Assembly: GCF_001194135.2 (NCBI RefSeq)
Contig: NC_068983.1
Location: 78,551,043 to 78,615,042 of the forward strand
Direction: 5' to 3'
Source of the DNA: Octopus bimaculoides
Taxonomy: Eukaryota
DNA: 64,000 bases
Below the pieces are notes generated by a model that had not been told where the DNA came from, ran no database searches, and saw nothing but the letters and a program-made list of their open reading frames with translations. Position numbers and translations under genes: made by a program. The number at the start of each line of letters is the position of its first letter. Positions within the stretch are counted from its first letter, which is position 1. Below, in pieces: positions 13,394 through 26,873 of this stretch.

Positions 13394-14095
13394 TAGGATG
13401 GAAAGAAAATCCTATCACATTTCAAGATAGGAAAAAAACAGAAGCTTCTTTGGTCTTTAATGATATATTTAATCATGATATTATTTCCTTTCATTATTGA
13501 TAACATAATCTTATCTATTTGGTAAGTTGTTGATTCCCTCGGGCATAAAATTCTGCAGGTTTCAAAACAAAGAAGCTCTTAATATCATTTTTTACCTCTA
13601 CACAACTTAATAAGCTTTTTACCTCTAAATGATGTAGCAGCAATCTGAAAAGATAATGGTGAGAGGGAGCAAGGTCAGGAGAGGATGAAACAAAGCTTCC
13701 ATATTTAGTGGAATAATCTTTTCCTGAGTAATTCAGGCAATATTTCGTCTTGCATTATCTTTTATCAACCAGTCTCCTTCACTACTGATCAATTACAAAT
13801 GGTTTTTCTGAAAATTTTTGTACAATGCTTCCAAGTGAGGACAAAACTTTGTTTCATTTTGGCTTAACTCTTTGTGAGAGACAACAGCCTTTATATCCCA
13901 ATGAAACACAGAGAATAACACTTTTTCAGATGTAAACCTGGCTTGGGGATAGATTCACCTTTATCTGTGCCAGCTAACCATTATCGCTTTCGTTGGGTTT
14001 GATTATCAAGAATACATTTTTCATCACTTGTGATGATTCTACGCAGAAAAGGTTTGGTAGCAAGTCTATTCATCAATGATGAGCAGAGGGCAACA
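13394..14095 (-). mobile_element. mariner transposase catalytic-domain remnant
   Basis: Minus strand reads FLRRIITSDEKCILDN...KPGLHLKK...KPAEFYARGINNLPNR*DYVINN, typical of mariner DD34D elements. Confidence 0.8.
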
Positions 14096-14149
14096 CTTTG
14101 TTTAAGCTGAGAAGCATTCGGATGAAGAGAGACCCACTGACCAAATTCT

Positions 14150-14377
14150 TTTTTATCGTTTATTCATTTCAGTCATTAGATTGTGGCCATGCTGGGGCAC
14201 TGCCTTGAAGAATTTTCGGTCAAATGAATCGACCCCAGTACATATTTTTTTAAGCCTTGCAATTATTTTATCAGTCTTTTTTGTCAAACTGCTAAGTTAT
14301 GGGGAAGTAAAGTCATCAACACTGGTTGTCAAATTGTGGTGGGGGAAAACACAAACACAAAGGCACACACATATGCG

Positions 14378-14410
<33 letters not shown>

Positions 14411-14580
14411 CACACACACACACATATATGATAGGTTTCTTTCAGTTTCTGCCAACCAAATCTACTCACAAGGCTTTGGTCAGTCTGAGGCTATAGTTGA
14501 AGACACTAAGGTGCCATGCAGTGGGACTGAACCCAGAACTATGTGGTTGGGAAACAAGCTTATTACCACACAGCTATGCC
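14150..14580 (-). mobile_element. SINE family A, full length, with internal (CA)n
   Basis: Both head and tail present; head-to-head with the copy at 14765. Confidence 0.8.
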
Positions 14581-14764
14581 TTTAGGCATTTTTCCTAGTT
14601 CATGAATGTATCTAATGATTAAAATGTGAATTGAATGAAACTATTTTGCTAATTCCTATAAAGTTTATTTGGGATTTTTCTTCCACTTTTGGTTTTCAGA
14701 AACTCAACATTAACAGATCTTGGTCCTTCAAATTGAGAGGAATTTGTGAGAGGAAAGTTTTCTA

Positions 14765-15150
14765 GGAGGTGTAGTTGTGTGGTAAGAAATTTGCTTCCCA
14801 TCTACATGGTGCTGGGTTCAGTTCCACTCTGTGGCACCTTGAGCAAGTGTCTTTTACTATAGCTTCAGGTTGACCGAAACCTTGTGAGTAGATTTAGTAA
14901 ACAGAAACTGAAATAAGCTCTTCATGTATATATATATGTGTGTTTTATGTCCACGTTTGACACTCAATACTGTTTAACAACCACTGTTGGTGTGTTTACA
15001 TACTTGTAACTTAGCAGTTTGGCAAAAAGATCGACAGAATAAGTACCAAACTTTAAAAAATAAGTACTAGGGTCACTTCATTTGAATAAAATTCTTGAAG
15101 CCATGGCCACAGTCTAATAACTGAAATAAGTACAAGATAAAAGATAAAAG
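14765..15150 (+). mobile_element. SINE family A, full length
   Basis: GTGTAGTTGTGTGGTAAG...GGGTTCAGTTCC...GAATAAGTACC. Confidence 0.8.
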
Positions 15151-15610
15151 CCTCATGAACATGTCCAGACATTTAAAGCATCATTTCCATAGATAGAATG
15201 AATATTTTTTGCCATCTCCATTGCTGAAGAGCCCCTTTTGAAATCATATCACCTTCAGGGTCTGATATGGGTCTGATCAAAACTCATTTTAAAAGGGTAC
15301 AATCTATATGAATTTAACCACCGTAGTATACTGTAATCGGCAAAGTAAGTAAAACATATTAGAATCTAAACATGAATGCTTAATTTGCTGTATTTAAAAA
15401 CTACCCTCATAATGATCATGTTAAACAAGCAACAGAAATTTCTTTCTAACCCAATATTTTTACACTTGATTTCATCCATCTGTATGTTCTGAGTTCAAAT
15501 TCTGCTAAGGTCAACTTTGTCTTTCATCCTCTCAGGGTCAATAAAATAATTGACTTACTCCCTACCCTGAAATACTGGTTTTGCACTAAAATTTTAAACA
15601 AATATTTTAC

Positions 15611-15696
15611 CTCTGGTATCTTGAAAAGGAAAAGTAAATTGTTCTTGATGAATGTTAACAAACAATAAAGCCAGTCAGTCTGATCATCATCCCAAG
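15611..15696 (-). CDS. candidate internal exon (A)WDDDQTDWLYCLLTFIKNNLLFLFKIPE, unknown protein
   Basis: Acceptor ctcttttgcag|, donor GAG|gtaaaa, 86 nt, phase 1 in and phase 0 out; phase-compatible with 23354-23429. Confidence 0.5.
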
Positions 15697-16134
15697 CTGC
15701 AAAAGAGGTCCACATGGGATGTAATTTAAAAGCAAGATTAAATATATGCAGATACAACTATATTTCTGTTTAATAAAAGCAATTAGCTAACAATGGAACT
15801 ATGTAAACCTGACAACTCCTCATAACTCATGTTCCAGCAAGCATAGAATAAACACATTGAGAAATACTGATCACAAGAATAGGTGGCAGGACTACTGTGT
15901 AATTGATAGGTATTTCAATAGCTTGTAGCTCTGAATTTAAATCAGACTTTCTTTTTATAAGATGCATGGTAGATAGATCGATCAATCAATGGAGGGAGAG
16001 ATGGTTGGAGTGGTAGGTGGATGGCTAAGTAGGTTAATGGTGGGATGGACAGGTACACTACACTAAATTTGACCGGACTTTCAGTATTGAGTCTCCAAAC
16101 CAGTAAATGTGACATTGTTTTTCTTAAATTAGCT

Positions 16135-16360
16135 TTAACCCTTTAGCATTTAGACCAGCCATATCTGGCCCAAATATTCTACATATTTTATGTTCAAACC
16201 AGCCAAATCTGGCCTCTCACACCTATCATATAATGTCATTCTAAAAATAAACATTTACATCATTAAAATATCAAAACTATGAGATAATGCATGATAAATT
16301 CAAAACACTATGAATAAATAAGCATTACATTTGATAGAGTATTCTAAATGCTAGAGTTAA
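16135..16360. mobile_element. piggyBac-like MITE
   Basis: TTAA-CCCTTTAGCATTTA ... TAAATGCTAGAG-TTAA termini; second copy at 23757-23985. Confidence 0.75.
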
Positions 16361-16699
16361 AATGATAACCTTAACTATCCTCCCTAATTCTTCTGTCTGT
16401 ATGCTCTCTCTGTTTACTGTCTTTGGACATACTACTTTGATATTACCTTTCACATTGTCACCAACATATTTATATCTGTTTTTGGCACCATTCCACCCCG
16501 ACCCACTCACATAAAATGCAAGGTAACAATGACATTTTTCCACAACAATAAACCTGTTCATGCTCCCACCATTATACTTTAAGCTCTCAACACTTCATAT
16601 AAAGCAACCACTTTATCTCCTATTTTACTTCTTTGTTGAAGGAGCTCTTTAGAGGTACAAGGTGACTAGTGCTGATTCCATAAAGAAACTACCAAGTAC

Positions 16700-16872
16700 A
16701 CTCTGTAAAGTAGTTGGCATGAGGAAGGACATTCAGCCATAGAAACAATGCCAAAACAGAGACACAGGAGCAGAGAGTGGTCCTCTGACCTACTGGATCC
16801 TGTCAGAAAGTCTAACCCATGCCAGCATGGAAAGCAGAAGTGGAAATGATGATGATGATGATGATGGTGATG
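16700..16872 (+). mobile_element. SINE family C 3' part
   Basis: GTTGGCATGAGGAAGGACATTCAGCC...AACCCATGCCAGCATGGAAAGC...(GAT)n. Confidence 0.65.
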
Positions 16873-19839
16873 AATCTTACAGACAGACAGATAGATGAAG
16901 AAAGAAAGAAAGAGAGAGAGAGTGAGATAGGGCCAGAGAGCATTGCTCTTCAACTTCTTAGTGCTAGAAAAATTAAGCTAAACTTCAGCTTAACTGGATA
17001 CAGGATACAAATCACAGAATAAGCTCCTTAATTGTCACTTGACTTGTAGATAATAGCAACCACATCTCACTCAAATTACACACTGCAGCAGAGATTTCCA
17101 AATATAATCTTCTGTAGTTTTTTTATTATTTGCATTTATGAATTAAATACTATGTAATACTCTTTTTTAATTGCAATTTTTGGATTTATATAAAATATCC
17201 CCCCCCCCCAAAAAAAATTATGTTAGCTTTAATGTGCACTATAGATAAAAAAAAGTTTGGGAAATATTGCATATAGTCTTAAAAAAGATAAAGCATTGTA
17301 TAAATTAGTCCTAGATATACAATGTCTGGAAGGCCTTTTGTCAAAGGTCTACTGTCAAAGGTCACATCTGGAAGGCCTTTTGTCAGAGGTCTACTCCATT
17401 CAAGTTGGCCTGCAACAACAATTCTACATAAATATTATACAATATAGTCTAGTTGAACCACTAGTGGTTTATGACTAAGTTTTAGTGATTTACAATGAGC
17501 TACATAAGTCCAAAGAAGTCTCTAATTTGTTTATATAAGACGATTTAAAAGCCTAAATTAATTAAAAGCAAATTTACGTGTAGATTAATTTTTTAATTTT
17601 AAATATTTATGTTCTTCTGTGTCACATAATGTAATTAAAAGTAAATTTATATTTAGTGGTTCGTGAAGTTTTCCTCATGAATTTTACGAACCAATTTCAG
17701 GAAAAAGTCCATGTACGACTGCTTTACAGAAAAGCTCTCTCAGAGACATAACAAATACAATATGATCAACCAATTGTCTCTTCTCCTTGCCAATACCCTT
17801 AACCATAGCCTATAGCCCATCAATACACCAAAATGTTCTTACCACCTTTGTTAGTTAAATTATGATAAATGTAATGTAACTGAAAGAAAGCAAATATTTA
17901 ATTTTTTTCTACGCAGGTTTCTATTTATATTAATAGTAACACTTTGCCTGTTTCTTGATGATGTCTGGAATGGTATTGGCTTGGTAGTATCTAGATAGGC
18001 ATTGATTAAGCAATGTCTGGTAAGAAGACACTGAATAGAATGTAACAGAAGGGGGCATTGGATTTGAAGTAGCTGGAATATCATTGATTTTGCAGTGCCA
18101 ACGGCTGTAAAATGGTGATGGTGGTGTTCTTGTAGCTGTTGTGGTAATGATATTCGTAACTATGGTGAGGGATTTGGTAGATGGTGGAAATGGTAGTGGT
18201 GGTGGTGGTGGTGACAGTTTTGATGATGATGAAGAATTCAATCTGTTTTGGTATTGATAAAATGGATTTTAAATTGGTATGGAATTTCATCCAGTCTTTT
18301 AGAAATTAGCTTCTGTGCATCCAAGTGTATTAATGGCCAGTCCAGTGCAATAAGAGTAGTGAACAAGAAACCAAATTAGGTGCTAATTTAAAGAGAATTA
18401 ACAGTCCAAGAGAATTCTATTGTCTTTAAATGTTGCTAATTTCACATCCACATAATGTTATCATCTCTTTACATCTTCTATGCATTAAGATTTGCCCATA
18501 ACACGTATTTATAAATAGTTGTACATGTAGATGAACTAGACAAAATTTGGATAGTGCAGAGACAAACAGATTGAAATATTAAGTGTATTCATATAAATAC
18601 ATCCCAATCCCATGTATATTCATATATAATAAGATTTAGTACTGGTTTCAGTTTTGGACTATGACCATACTTTAAGCAAGTGTTGCAGTTAATCATATCA
18701 ATCCCAGTAGTACTTATTTCAGTCTGGTACTTGGTGAATCAATATCTGTTTGTTAAATCAATAATTACACTTTTAGAGATAACACTGATTTTTAAAACTG
18801 CTGTAGTGTCAAACACATATACACACTGTAGTGTAGCCACTCTATTAACTAATGCATTATTACTAACAGTTTCAAGATAGATTTAAAAACCAGAATCAAA
18901 CATTTGGCAATTGACACTATAAAGCCAGCAATCTTCCATGTGTGTGTATGAGATAATATGCCTTCATGAAAGTTTACTGATCTTATATTGTCCAGTGATT
19001 GATTAGGCTTTTTTCAAACTTTATCATGAAACTATCAGTAATAAAGTGTTAGATAATACAATAACTATTCCAATATATATGGGATAATACTAAAATCCAT
19101 TTTTGTTCACATAATACTGAATACCCAATGTTGCTTGGTCAGTCCTCAGTTGTTGGCTAATTAGCTAAATTCAGTGTGAACCAGATGCAATTTATCATGG
19201 TACTAGAGAGATTATTTTGGCAAGGCTAAGAACTCTGTGTCAGTTCTTATTTGAGGTTACAAACTTCTTGGATGTGTAGTTAGTGATATGGCTTATATCA
19301 TTTACATCTCATTCCTATCAAAAGCAAAATCTTAAAAAGCAAAATGTTGACAGTTGTACATAAACAATGAGAAATTGACATTAGATCAGATTATGAATGA
19401 ACATTGAATACTGAACATTTACACTGGAAAGAGTTATACATTTTGTTGTTGTTGTTGTCATTGTCATCCATTGTCACCTTCATCATCATAGCTATTGCTG
19501 CCACCACTGCAATCATGCAATTCATCTGTAACCATGATTACCATCATCATATTTTTGATGTTCACAATAACTCAACAGGTGTAACAGCATCTCACCTCTT
19601 GTCATACTTCTTTCTCATCTGATCCTCACAGCAGAGAATCAATCCTTTTCTCTTTTTCTTTTTTTTTCTTTTTTGGTGGAGCAGAGTATGAAATACTTAT
19701 TACCCCTTATCACCAACCTTTTTGCCAACTTTAGTTTCATTTGTGTATCTGGGACTATATTAATTAACATGGTCATGACTTTATTCTAAAACAAAAAAAA
19801 GACACTACAGGATATGATATTTTGAGAAAGATTTGTCTG

Positions 19840-20250
19840 TGTAGTGTCACACAGATGTGCCATATTGAGATCTTGGTGGAAGCCATTAGCTGCTTGAGAC
19901 TGGAGCGAAATCTCACAAACTTCTGGTGGGCATGCGCAATGAGACAGCAAGCCTTTCCAGGACACCTATATAAGACAGCTCTTGAGCTTGTTCATTCTCT
20001 CTGCTCCCCATGAGCCTCTCACAGTAGAAGCAGCTTGTCTCACTGCCTCTCACACATAACATGGCAGACAATACACTATGCTAGAGATGGTTAACAAGAG
20101 CCAAACTTCAAGCCTGTAAATAAATGTTATTCGGATTTATTATATCACTTTGTCTTCAACTTGATATTTCGTTTGACTGGATTTAAATTTAGAATGGGAG
20201 ACACAAGATACCCTACCAGTATCTTGGCCAACAATGGCTTCCCTTTATAA
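19840..20250 (+). mobile_element. possible LTR with PBS-like motif
   Basis: TGTAGTG...CCAACA termini, CCTATATAAG TATA-like box, TAAATAAATG, then TGGCTTCCC just downstream. No second LTR or TSD seen. Confidence 0.4.
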
Positions 20251-21399
20251 AAATGAGGACCCCTGAATGTGAAACAAATATGCAAGCCAACAGACGTACA
20301 CAGCAACTCGCCCAGCAGCCTAGAAGGTCCCATCGTAAAAAAACTTGGCTAAACCGAATAAGAACGAGGTCTCAATAAGCAAGGAAATCACTTTTTCCAG
20401 CAACGCAATCAAGACATGGGTTATATTAATAGATAATGAGAGGCAGGTGTCAGTGTTGTGTATTGATAGAAAATGCTGCATTTCTTGAGAAGTATACCAA
20501 TGATGTCATAAGCAGAAGTAATGAAGATATCGTTGAATATATTAATAGTCAAAGATGTAAATAACACATGATCAAGACATGTGCAAAAATAACTTCATTT
20601 CAAACATGTGATGAGATCATGATGCTAGTTAAGATGATGATAATAATGGTTGTGATGATCATGATGATGACAAATCATGCAAAATTTGTATTTGAAATTT
20701 TGCTCAAAATGAGTAAAGTCTCTGCTATCTTGGAATGAAAAAAAACAATTTTTTTTGCAGTCCTTTGTGCATTGCAGAAACAGCTGAATAATCAACATGT
20801 AATTATTATAGACACATGCACTGAGAAAATACATGCACAGAAACATAAAAAACATTCATACACACACATAAAGACAGAAATATATGCCATGTAAAGTATC
20901 CAAGGTCAATAACAAACAAAATGCATTTGTCACAAATACTGACTCACTAGTGTTAGTTTTGGCTGCCCTGTATGGTTGCCAAATTAGCCAACATATTCCT
21001 TAGATAAATCATAGCTTTAAATAACAAACACACGTATCACACATATTTAAAGTGGTCACACTGTGTGGTTCACACACTCAGAACCCCCACACTCAATGCT
21101 ACAGTACTAACAACAAATAGAGTGATACGTTATGTGCCAACAAGAGTGCCTAAGCATGCTCGTTTAATCTGTTAATCTATGAAACATAAAACCAAACTTC
21201 TTTCAAATCCCCCACAATAACCAGTTTAGGACTTATTGGATAATGTATATACTAGTTACACAACAATAGCAACAATAGCAACCACAATGAGAAACATCAA
21301 ACATAATAACAACAATGAGAGACATTAACCAATGCGACAATCACAACAGATGTGAAAATGAGAAAAGAAGGGACAGTCAAGCCTGAATTTCTATTACTA

Positions 21400-22090
21400 T
21401 AGGGTGTTTGGGCTAAATTTGAGTTTAAAAATCAAAACTATCAATTAGATTATGGATAGAAGATAACAGTTTATTCAAAGTAGCCATCTTTAGCTTCCAC
21501 CACAGCCTCAAGATGGCTCTGGGACCTGGCACAAGCATTTTTTCCCCATGTCCCTGGGAAGGTCTTCAAACACCTCCTTGATCATTGCCACCAGCTTGGC
21601 CTTGGTATTGCAGGCAGAGTGGTTGGTGCCTTTATCAACTGCACCCTACACATAGTAACTTATGAGATTACAATCAGATGAATTAGGAGGCCAGAAACTA
21701 GGGTTGGTGTAGTAGAAATTCTTTGACAAGTACTTTTGACTCTTTCTGGAGGGGAATCCTGGTGTTAGTCATATTGCCTCCCCAGACAGTGTTTTCCTAC
21801 AGTCTCCAACAGTTTCACATAGCCATCTGAAATGAGCCTAAGGCTCTTTTTAAAGATGTAGGGTAGCATTACATCACCCTTACTAGAGACACACACAAAG
21901 ACCATCACAGTTTGGGAGAACTCAGCTTCAGTGATGTCCATGTCATGTCTTACAGCCTTTATAATGTTCACAGAGCATTGAGCAGCAGTTATAATATCAG
22001 CATTTTGATACCCAGCATGAATCATCATAATACAGGTAACTTTTTTCCAACATTCAGATAGCTTCCACTCCTTCATGTCAGCTAACCTTT
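21400..22090 (-). mobile_element. Tc1/mariner (DD37D/maT-like) internally deleted element
   Basis: TA + TAGGGTG end; ORF 21765-22076 has an N-terminal HTH fused to TVMVFVCVSSKGDVMLPYIF. Subfamily is inference. Confidence 0.7.
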
Positions 22091-22110
22091 ACTCAACTAA
22101 ACCTTTAATC

Positions 22111-22441
22111 CAGTTGTTCTCAATCATTATTTGCTTATGGACCCCTTTGGTTATTATTCCATTCTGGTGTGCCCCCAAAGCCATTTGATGTGTGAAAACC
22201 AGTTTTCTGGATGCTCTTTTAAAGATTCCTATTTTGTTTTTCCCACTTGTGCAAGCTGAACTATGTAAAACGTTAGAGAAAGACACTTAATTGTTTCTTG
22301 CAATAAATACATCTAAAAAAGAATTTTTTTAACCCTTGGAATACTACTGTGGATCCCCAGTTTACTATTTTGCTTGTGTGGACCCAAAATGTCTTATATG
22401 GACACCCAGGGATCATCTGGACCCCCAGTTATGAACCATTG
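22111..22441. mobile_element. hAT-type MITE
   Basis: TIR CAGTTGTTCTCAA / TTATGAACCATTG; 8-bp TSD CTTTAATC (22103-22110) / CTTTAATG (22442-22449). Confidence 0.8.
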
Positions 22442-23154
22442 CTTTAATGTTTATGCTCTCCAACACCATTGACTGTTCACAAATATATGAAGTTGTTTCT
22501 GAAAAAAAGGAAACATAAAAAGAATTGTCAAATTTAGCATGCACAGCCTGTAGAATTACTATGAGCCAATGAAAAACAATCCTCTACATTGAGATTTGTA
22601 TTACTATTTTAGAAATAGCACCAATTCCACATCTAGTAGACTTACTATTATCAAGTGTAATACGACCATAATCTCAACCATTCTCTTGTTAGCAGAAGTA
22701 TTCTCTTGTAAGCAATCCAGTTAGATTTTTCTTTCTTCTCTTTGTCACACACACTGCCATTCCTCTTCTTACTATGTCATAAACTACGACAAAATTAATA
22801 ATGATCAAGATTGCATGATTAAAAGGTTTGCTTCAAAGACATTCGGTCTTCAATTCAGGTCCTCTACAGAGCAAATGTCCTTTAGTGTAGCCCTGGGGGT
22901 CAACTATTTCCTTGTGAGTGAATTTAGTTATCATCATCAACATCATAATTTAATATCTGTTTCCCAAGCTGGCATGGGTTGAGTAGTATGACAGGAGCTG
23001 GTAAGTTAGAAGACTGCACCAAATGTGTGTGTGTGTGTGTTTGTGAGTTTGTGTGTGTGTGTGTGTGCGTGTGTATAACAAATATGTATATTTATATGTG
23101 TGTGTATCTGTNNNNNNNNNNNNNNNNNNNNNNNNNNNNNNNNNNNNNNNNNNN

Positions 23155-23186
<32 letters not shown>

Positions 23187-23353
23187 TCTGTCTGTTTTTC
23201 TGTTTGTTTTTCTTCTCCTTTGTCAATATTTTAACACAACTGGTCAACTGGTGTCACTTTCTTTATATTTCCTTAATTAAGAAGCAAAGCAAACTTAAAC
23301 AAGAAAGAAACCAACAAGAAGAAAAAAAAAAGAGAGACCAATAAATTATTCAC

Positions 23354-23429
23354 CAGACTTTAAAATAATTTCTGGGTTGATTTGATTGGGCAAAACCTTT
23401 GAAAGCAATGCTGCAGTATAGTCGCAGTC
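23354..23429 (-). CDS. candidate internal exon DCDYTAALLSKVLPNQINPEIILKS, unknown protein
   Basis: Strong acceptor ttttactagttttacttacag|, donor CTG|gtgaat, 76 nt, phase 0 in and phase 1 out. Confidence 0.45.
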
Positions 23430-23756
23430 CTGTAAGTAAAACTAGTAAAAGAGAATGAGAGTATACTAAAATGAGAATGGCACATTCAATACTGTTGTCC
23501 TTAATACACCATGCCTGAAAAAAAATAGACACAAGAATATCACAGACAGCTGAATTGCTTTAAATCAAAGATCTGATCAATCAAGGTTCGTTTGGGTCTA
23601 AACACTAACAAGAAATAGTTCTAACAACCACACTGGAAAGGTTACTAGCAACACAGCATGTGACAGACACCAAAGGCCACTTGATGAAAAGTGTTCTAGC
23701 CTTGACCATCCGATCTTATTTTCCAGATGTCCAGTATCCAATGTGTCTTTTCTCTT

Positions 23757-23985
23757 TTAACTCTTTAGCATTTAAACCAACCATACCCAGCCCAAATATT
23801 CTACCTACTTTATGGTCAAACTGATCAGATCTAGCCTTTTACACCTACCTTGCAATGTCATTCTGAAAAATAAATAATCACATCTTCGAAATCTTAAAAC
23901 TATGAGATAATGCATGATCCATTCAAAATGCCATGAATAAATAAGCATTACATTTGACAGAGTAATCTGAATGCTAAAGGGTAAA
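23757..23985. mobile_element. piggyBac-like MITE, copy 2
   Basis: TTAACTCTTTAGCATTTA...AATGCTAAAGGGTAAA; colinear with 16135-16360. Confidence 0.75.
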
Positions 23986-24064
23986 GATAAAGTATAATTT
24001 GGCTGTTGTTTCTAGCAAATCAAACATTTTTGTAGTGTTTGTCTCATTTGCTTTCAGCAGTGCT

Positions 24065-24235
24065 TTAGTAAAGATGCTGTTGTTGTTGTTGTTGGTATTG
24101 TTATTGTCATTATTGCTGTTTCTACTGCAGCTGTTTCTGCTGCAGCTGTTACTGCTGCTACTGCCGCTGTTGCTTCAGCTATTGCTGTTATTGTTCTTCC
24201 TGTTGTTGTTTCTGCTGCTACTGTTGTTTAACATC
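24065..24235. repeat. degenerate (TGT/TGC/TAC)n trinucleotide repeat
   Basis: Explains the poly-Leu ORF 23999-24313. Confidence 0.85.
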
Positions 24236-24779
24236 ATGTTTGTGCTGATTGAGCAGAACTACAATCAAAATGAAATATGTCCAGCTGCGACCACCCTCAT
24301 ATTATTACTGTGAGGTATAATGCATTTAGGACTACACTACTGAATGTGTTTCTTTTCTTCCCTATCTCTAAAACTGTAGAGAGCACATAACGCACCTAGG
24401 ACTACATTTCCCAGTGTGTTTCTTTTCATTTTTGATTTTTATGGCTGTAGAGGTAGAATTGGTTTCTACTTCTTGCAGACCGAGTGGCCACAAACAAACT
24501 CTCCCATGGACATGCTTAATTAGTTAATTAGTTCAGAGGAAATAGGAGTGGAGGAATTTTAATGTAGTCACCAAAGTAAATTGGACAAATATAGCAACAG
24601 CCGAAATAATTATTGCAATAAAATCCTTTGGATGAAAAATGCAAATAGAATACAATAGGCTTCCTGGTAATATTCTGTATAGACATATGCATGTGTGCTT
24701 ATGTGCATACAAGTGAATATGCACACATGTATGAATGCGTAATGCATATGTGTGTATGTATGCACATGTTCTTTTATTG

Positions 24780-24980
24780 CTTTATTCTTTTATGTGTTTC
24801 AGTCAGTTAACTGAAGCCATGCTGGAGCACCACCTTTAGTCGAACAAATCGACCCCAGAACTTACTCTTTGTAAGCCTAGTACTTATTCTATTGGTCACT
24901 TTTGCCAAACTGCTAAGTTATGGGGTTGTCAAGCGATGGTGGGGGGACAAACACAGACACACAAACATATACATATATAC

Positions 24981-25013
<33 letters not shown>

Positions 25014-25215
25014 AATATATATATATATACATAATATATATATACATACATACATAAGACGGGCTTCTTTCAGTTTCTGTCTACCAAATCCACTCACAAG
25101 GCTTTGGTCGGCTCGAGGCTGTAGTAGAAGACACTTGCCCAAAGTGCCACACTGTGGGACTGATCCTGGAACCATGTGGTTAGTAAACAAGCTACTTACC
25201 ACACGGCCACTCCCG
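24780..25215 (-). mobile_element. SINE family A, full length
   Basis: Well-conserved head and tail with an internal (TA/CA)n spacer. Confidence 0.85.
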
Positions 25216-25708
25216 TAAATATATGTGCATGTATGAATACATATATACATGAGTGTATGTATATGCATACATGTGAATATGTGTAAAGGTATGACTGCAT
25301 GTATGTATGTAAATATGTGTAAGTTTATGTATGCATGTGAATGTGCATGTATGCATGTGTTTGCGAAAGCATGGGAAGATATGCATGTATGAATACATGT
25401 GTCCATGATTATATATATGTGTGTGTGTGTGTNNNNNNNNNNNNNNNNNNNNNNNNNNNNNNNNNNNNNNNNNNNNNNNNNNNNNNNNNNNNNNNNNNNN
25501 NNNNNNNNNNNNNNNNNNNNNNNNNNNNNNNNNNNNNNNNNNNNNNNNNNNNNNNNNNNNNNNNNNNNNNNNNNNNNNNNNNNNNNNNNNNNNNNNNNNN
25601 NNNNNNNNNNNNNNNNNNNNNNNNNNNNNNNNNNNNNNNNNNNNNNNNNNNNNNNNNNNNNNNNNNNNNNNNNNNNNNNNNNNNNNNNNNNNNNNNNNNN
25701 NNNNNNNN

Positions 25709-25950
25709 TGTGTGTGTATGTGTGTGTGTGTGTATGTGTGTGTGTGTGTGTCTGTGTTGTCCCCCACTATCTCTTAACAACTGATGTAGGTGTATTTACG
25801 TCCCCATAACTTATTGGTTCAGCAAAGAGACCATTAGAATAAATACTAGGCTTGCGAAGAATAAGTCCTGGGGTCGATTTCTTCAACTGAAGGCAGTGCT
25901 CCAGCATGGCCACAGCCAAATGACTGAAGCAAATAAATGAATAAAAGAAT
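25709..25950 (+). mobile_element. SINE family A tail
   Basis: GTCCCCCACTATCTCTTAACAAC...GAATAAGTCCTGGGGTCGATT. Confidence 0.8.
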
Positions 25951-26408
25951 ACAAAGGAATATGCATGCATATATGAATGCATATATGCATGTAATTATGT
26001 ATGTGCATATATGTAACTATGCCTGCATGTCTGCGCTGCATGTATGAATGCTTATATTCAGTGTATGTATGCACATGCATACATGCATACACGACATGCA
26101 TATTCAAATGGATGTGCATATATACACGTCTATATGCACAAACATGCATATGTATGTGTATGCACGAAATGAAATCATGTACGTATGTGTGTATGTCTAC
26201 TTGCCTATATGTATGTGTCTTGGAGGTCATCCACTGCTTCAGGAAGAATGAACTGAATGATACAACTCGTGAAAGAATAAAGAAGTTAACACTAGCATTA
26301 AGATGATAACAATAGTGAGAAATGAGCTCGATTGGTTTTTCCCCTTAGTTGAGCTGCTTATCTTTCCTGAACAACGCAGGATATGAATACTCTCACATAC
26401 AGACACTC

Positions 26409-26503
<95 letters not shown>

Positions 26504-26586
26504 CGTGCACGTGTGCGTGTGTGCTTGCATGTATGTGTGTGTGTGTTTGCACAGATGTGTGTGTAACCTACACACACATATATCTA

Positions 26587-26629
<43 letters not shown>

Positions 26630-26725
26630 GCATAAAAATGCAGTAAGATACATACTCACACATTTTCCAGGTAATTACCTAGCAGCATACATATATGTGT
26701 GTGCATGTGAGTGGTGTGTGTGTAA

Positions 26726-26759
<34 letters not shown>

Positions 26760-26832
26760 ACACATGTATACCTTATACACGCGCACACACATGCACATAT
26801 ATATACATGTATATATATATATTATGAATATT

Positions 26833-26873
<41 letters not shown>

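Noticed and set aside
17325-17395. Short tandem duplication of about 40 bp
   Set aside because: Isolated slippage-type duplication with no further structure.
17930-18330. Pro/Ser/Thr-rich minus-strand ORF (NSSSSSKLSPPPPP...QCLSRYYQANTIPDIIKKQ)
   Set aside because: Partly trinucleotide repeat, no canonical GT donor, and phase-incompatible with the neighbouring exon candidates. Only RNA-seq could rescue it.
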